Assembly (NCBI GenBank): GCA_965203355.1
Contig: OZ241889.1
Coordinates: 2,240,001-2,304,000, forward strand
DNA: 64,000 bases
Source: Candidatus Latescibacterota bacterium
GTDB taxonomy: Bacteria > Latescibacterota > UBA2968 > UBA8231
Direction of reading: 5' to 3'
Of the stretch, positions 63,463 to 64,000 are shown piece by piece; within the stretch, counting starts at the first letter, position 1, and each line of letters begins with the position of its first letter. The notes under the pieces were generated by a model. It was not told where the DNA came from and did not search any database. It was given only the letters and a program-made list of their open reading frames with translations. Both the position numbers and the translations under genes were made by a program.

Positions 63463-64000
63463 ATGGAGATTTTGAGCAAGTGCTATCTGCTTGCCGTCGG
63501 TGCTGTTGTGTACTCGCTAGGCTGGAGTGCGCCCGCGCCGGTTGGGGCCCAAGCGTACGGCTCGCGCATGGGTAGAGTGAAGCAGGGCGGAGAGGTGAAT
63601 TTTTCTCCGCAGGGACCGGGGGTATTATTCGATGCACTGGACCCGGCGGTACGCAAATGGTACGTCCCCCAAGAACTGTATGAGGAATACCAGTGGAGAC
63701 AGTGGGAGTACTCTAACTACGCCCGCGATTTCTATCAGCGCTATGTGGACACCGCGTTGGAGGGCGATTACTTCTACGATTTCTTCGGAAACCTAGTCAC
63801 CCGGGGCTGGTTGATCTACGATTGGCAGCAAGATCGCCCCCAGCAATTCGGTAGCAGTATCCTCAAGACCAACAGGTTCAACCAATGGTTCAACCGAGTA
63901 GCCGTTTCTGCGGACCACAAGGGACAATACTATTATAGTATCACGATTGGCGATGAGATTCGCACTACCTTGACACCGATGACTTTTTCTAAACCCACAT
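63463..64000 (+). CDS. 5' part of a large secreted protein running off the window (start 63463 or TTG 63472)
   Basis: Signal peptide, then FDALDPAVRKWYVPQELY..Y.W.QWEYSNY; frame open to the end. Confidence 0.8.
   Translation, partial: MEILSKCYLLAVGAVVYSLGWSAPAPVGAQAYGSRMGRVKQGGEVNFSPQGPGVLFDALDPAVRKWYVPQELYEEYQWRQWEYSNYARDFYQRYVDTALEGDYFYDFFGNLVTRGWLIYDWQQDRPQQFGSSILKTNRFNQWFNRVAVSADHKGQYYYSITIGDEIRTTLTPMTFSKPT

Overview
This is a GC-rich bacterial chromosomal window. The FlgD-Ig secreted proteins, HEAT proteins and paired ABC permeases suggest a Latescibacterota/Handelsmanbacteria-like organism (inference). Most genes are housekeeping or metabolic: S41 protease, coaX, M23 peptidase, lptE-like, NhaC and SSS transporters, rarA, ribB, dsbD, pgi-gnd, addBA, dnaK, uvrB, an E1 alpha/beta pair, and sulfite/nitrite reductase with ferredoxin. 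There are two accessory blocks. The first (~22.4-27.1 kb) is a decaying secreted-protein/ABC-permease block bracketed by heptamer repeats. The second (~36.3-47.5 kb) is a defence island with an IS1595 remnant and two low-GC passenger genes, type III-like Res, an AlbA_2/Schlafen-HATPase fusion, hicB-hicA', Mod and GmrSD. The most striking observation is a ~220-nt insert read in frame inside the Mod methyltransferase. It is bounded by inverted arrays of CAGTGGT-type heptamers and hides a collapsed four-helix-bundle (23S IVS/Avd-like) gene in the +1 frame. Related heptamer arrays occur at two other places in the window. Two other patterns recur: duplicated gene 3' ends flanking inserted DNA, and small internally deleted gene relics. 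No rRNA, tRNA or CRISPR array was recognised. All calls come from reading the sequence by eye, without database searches.
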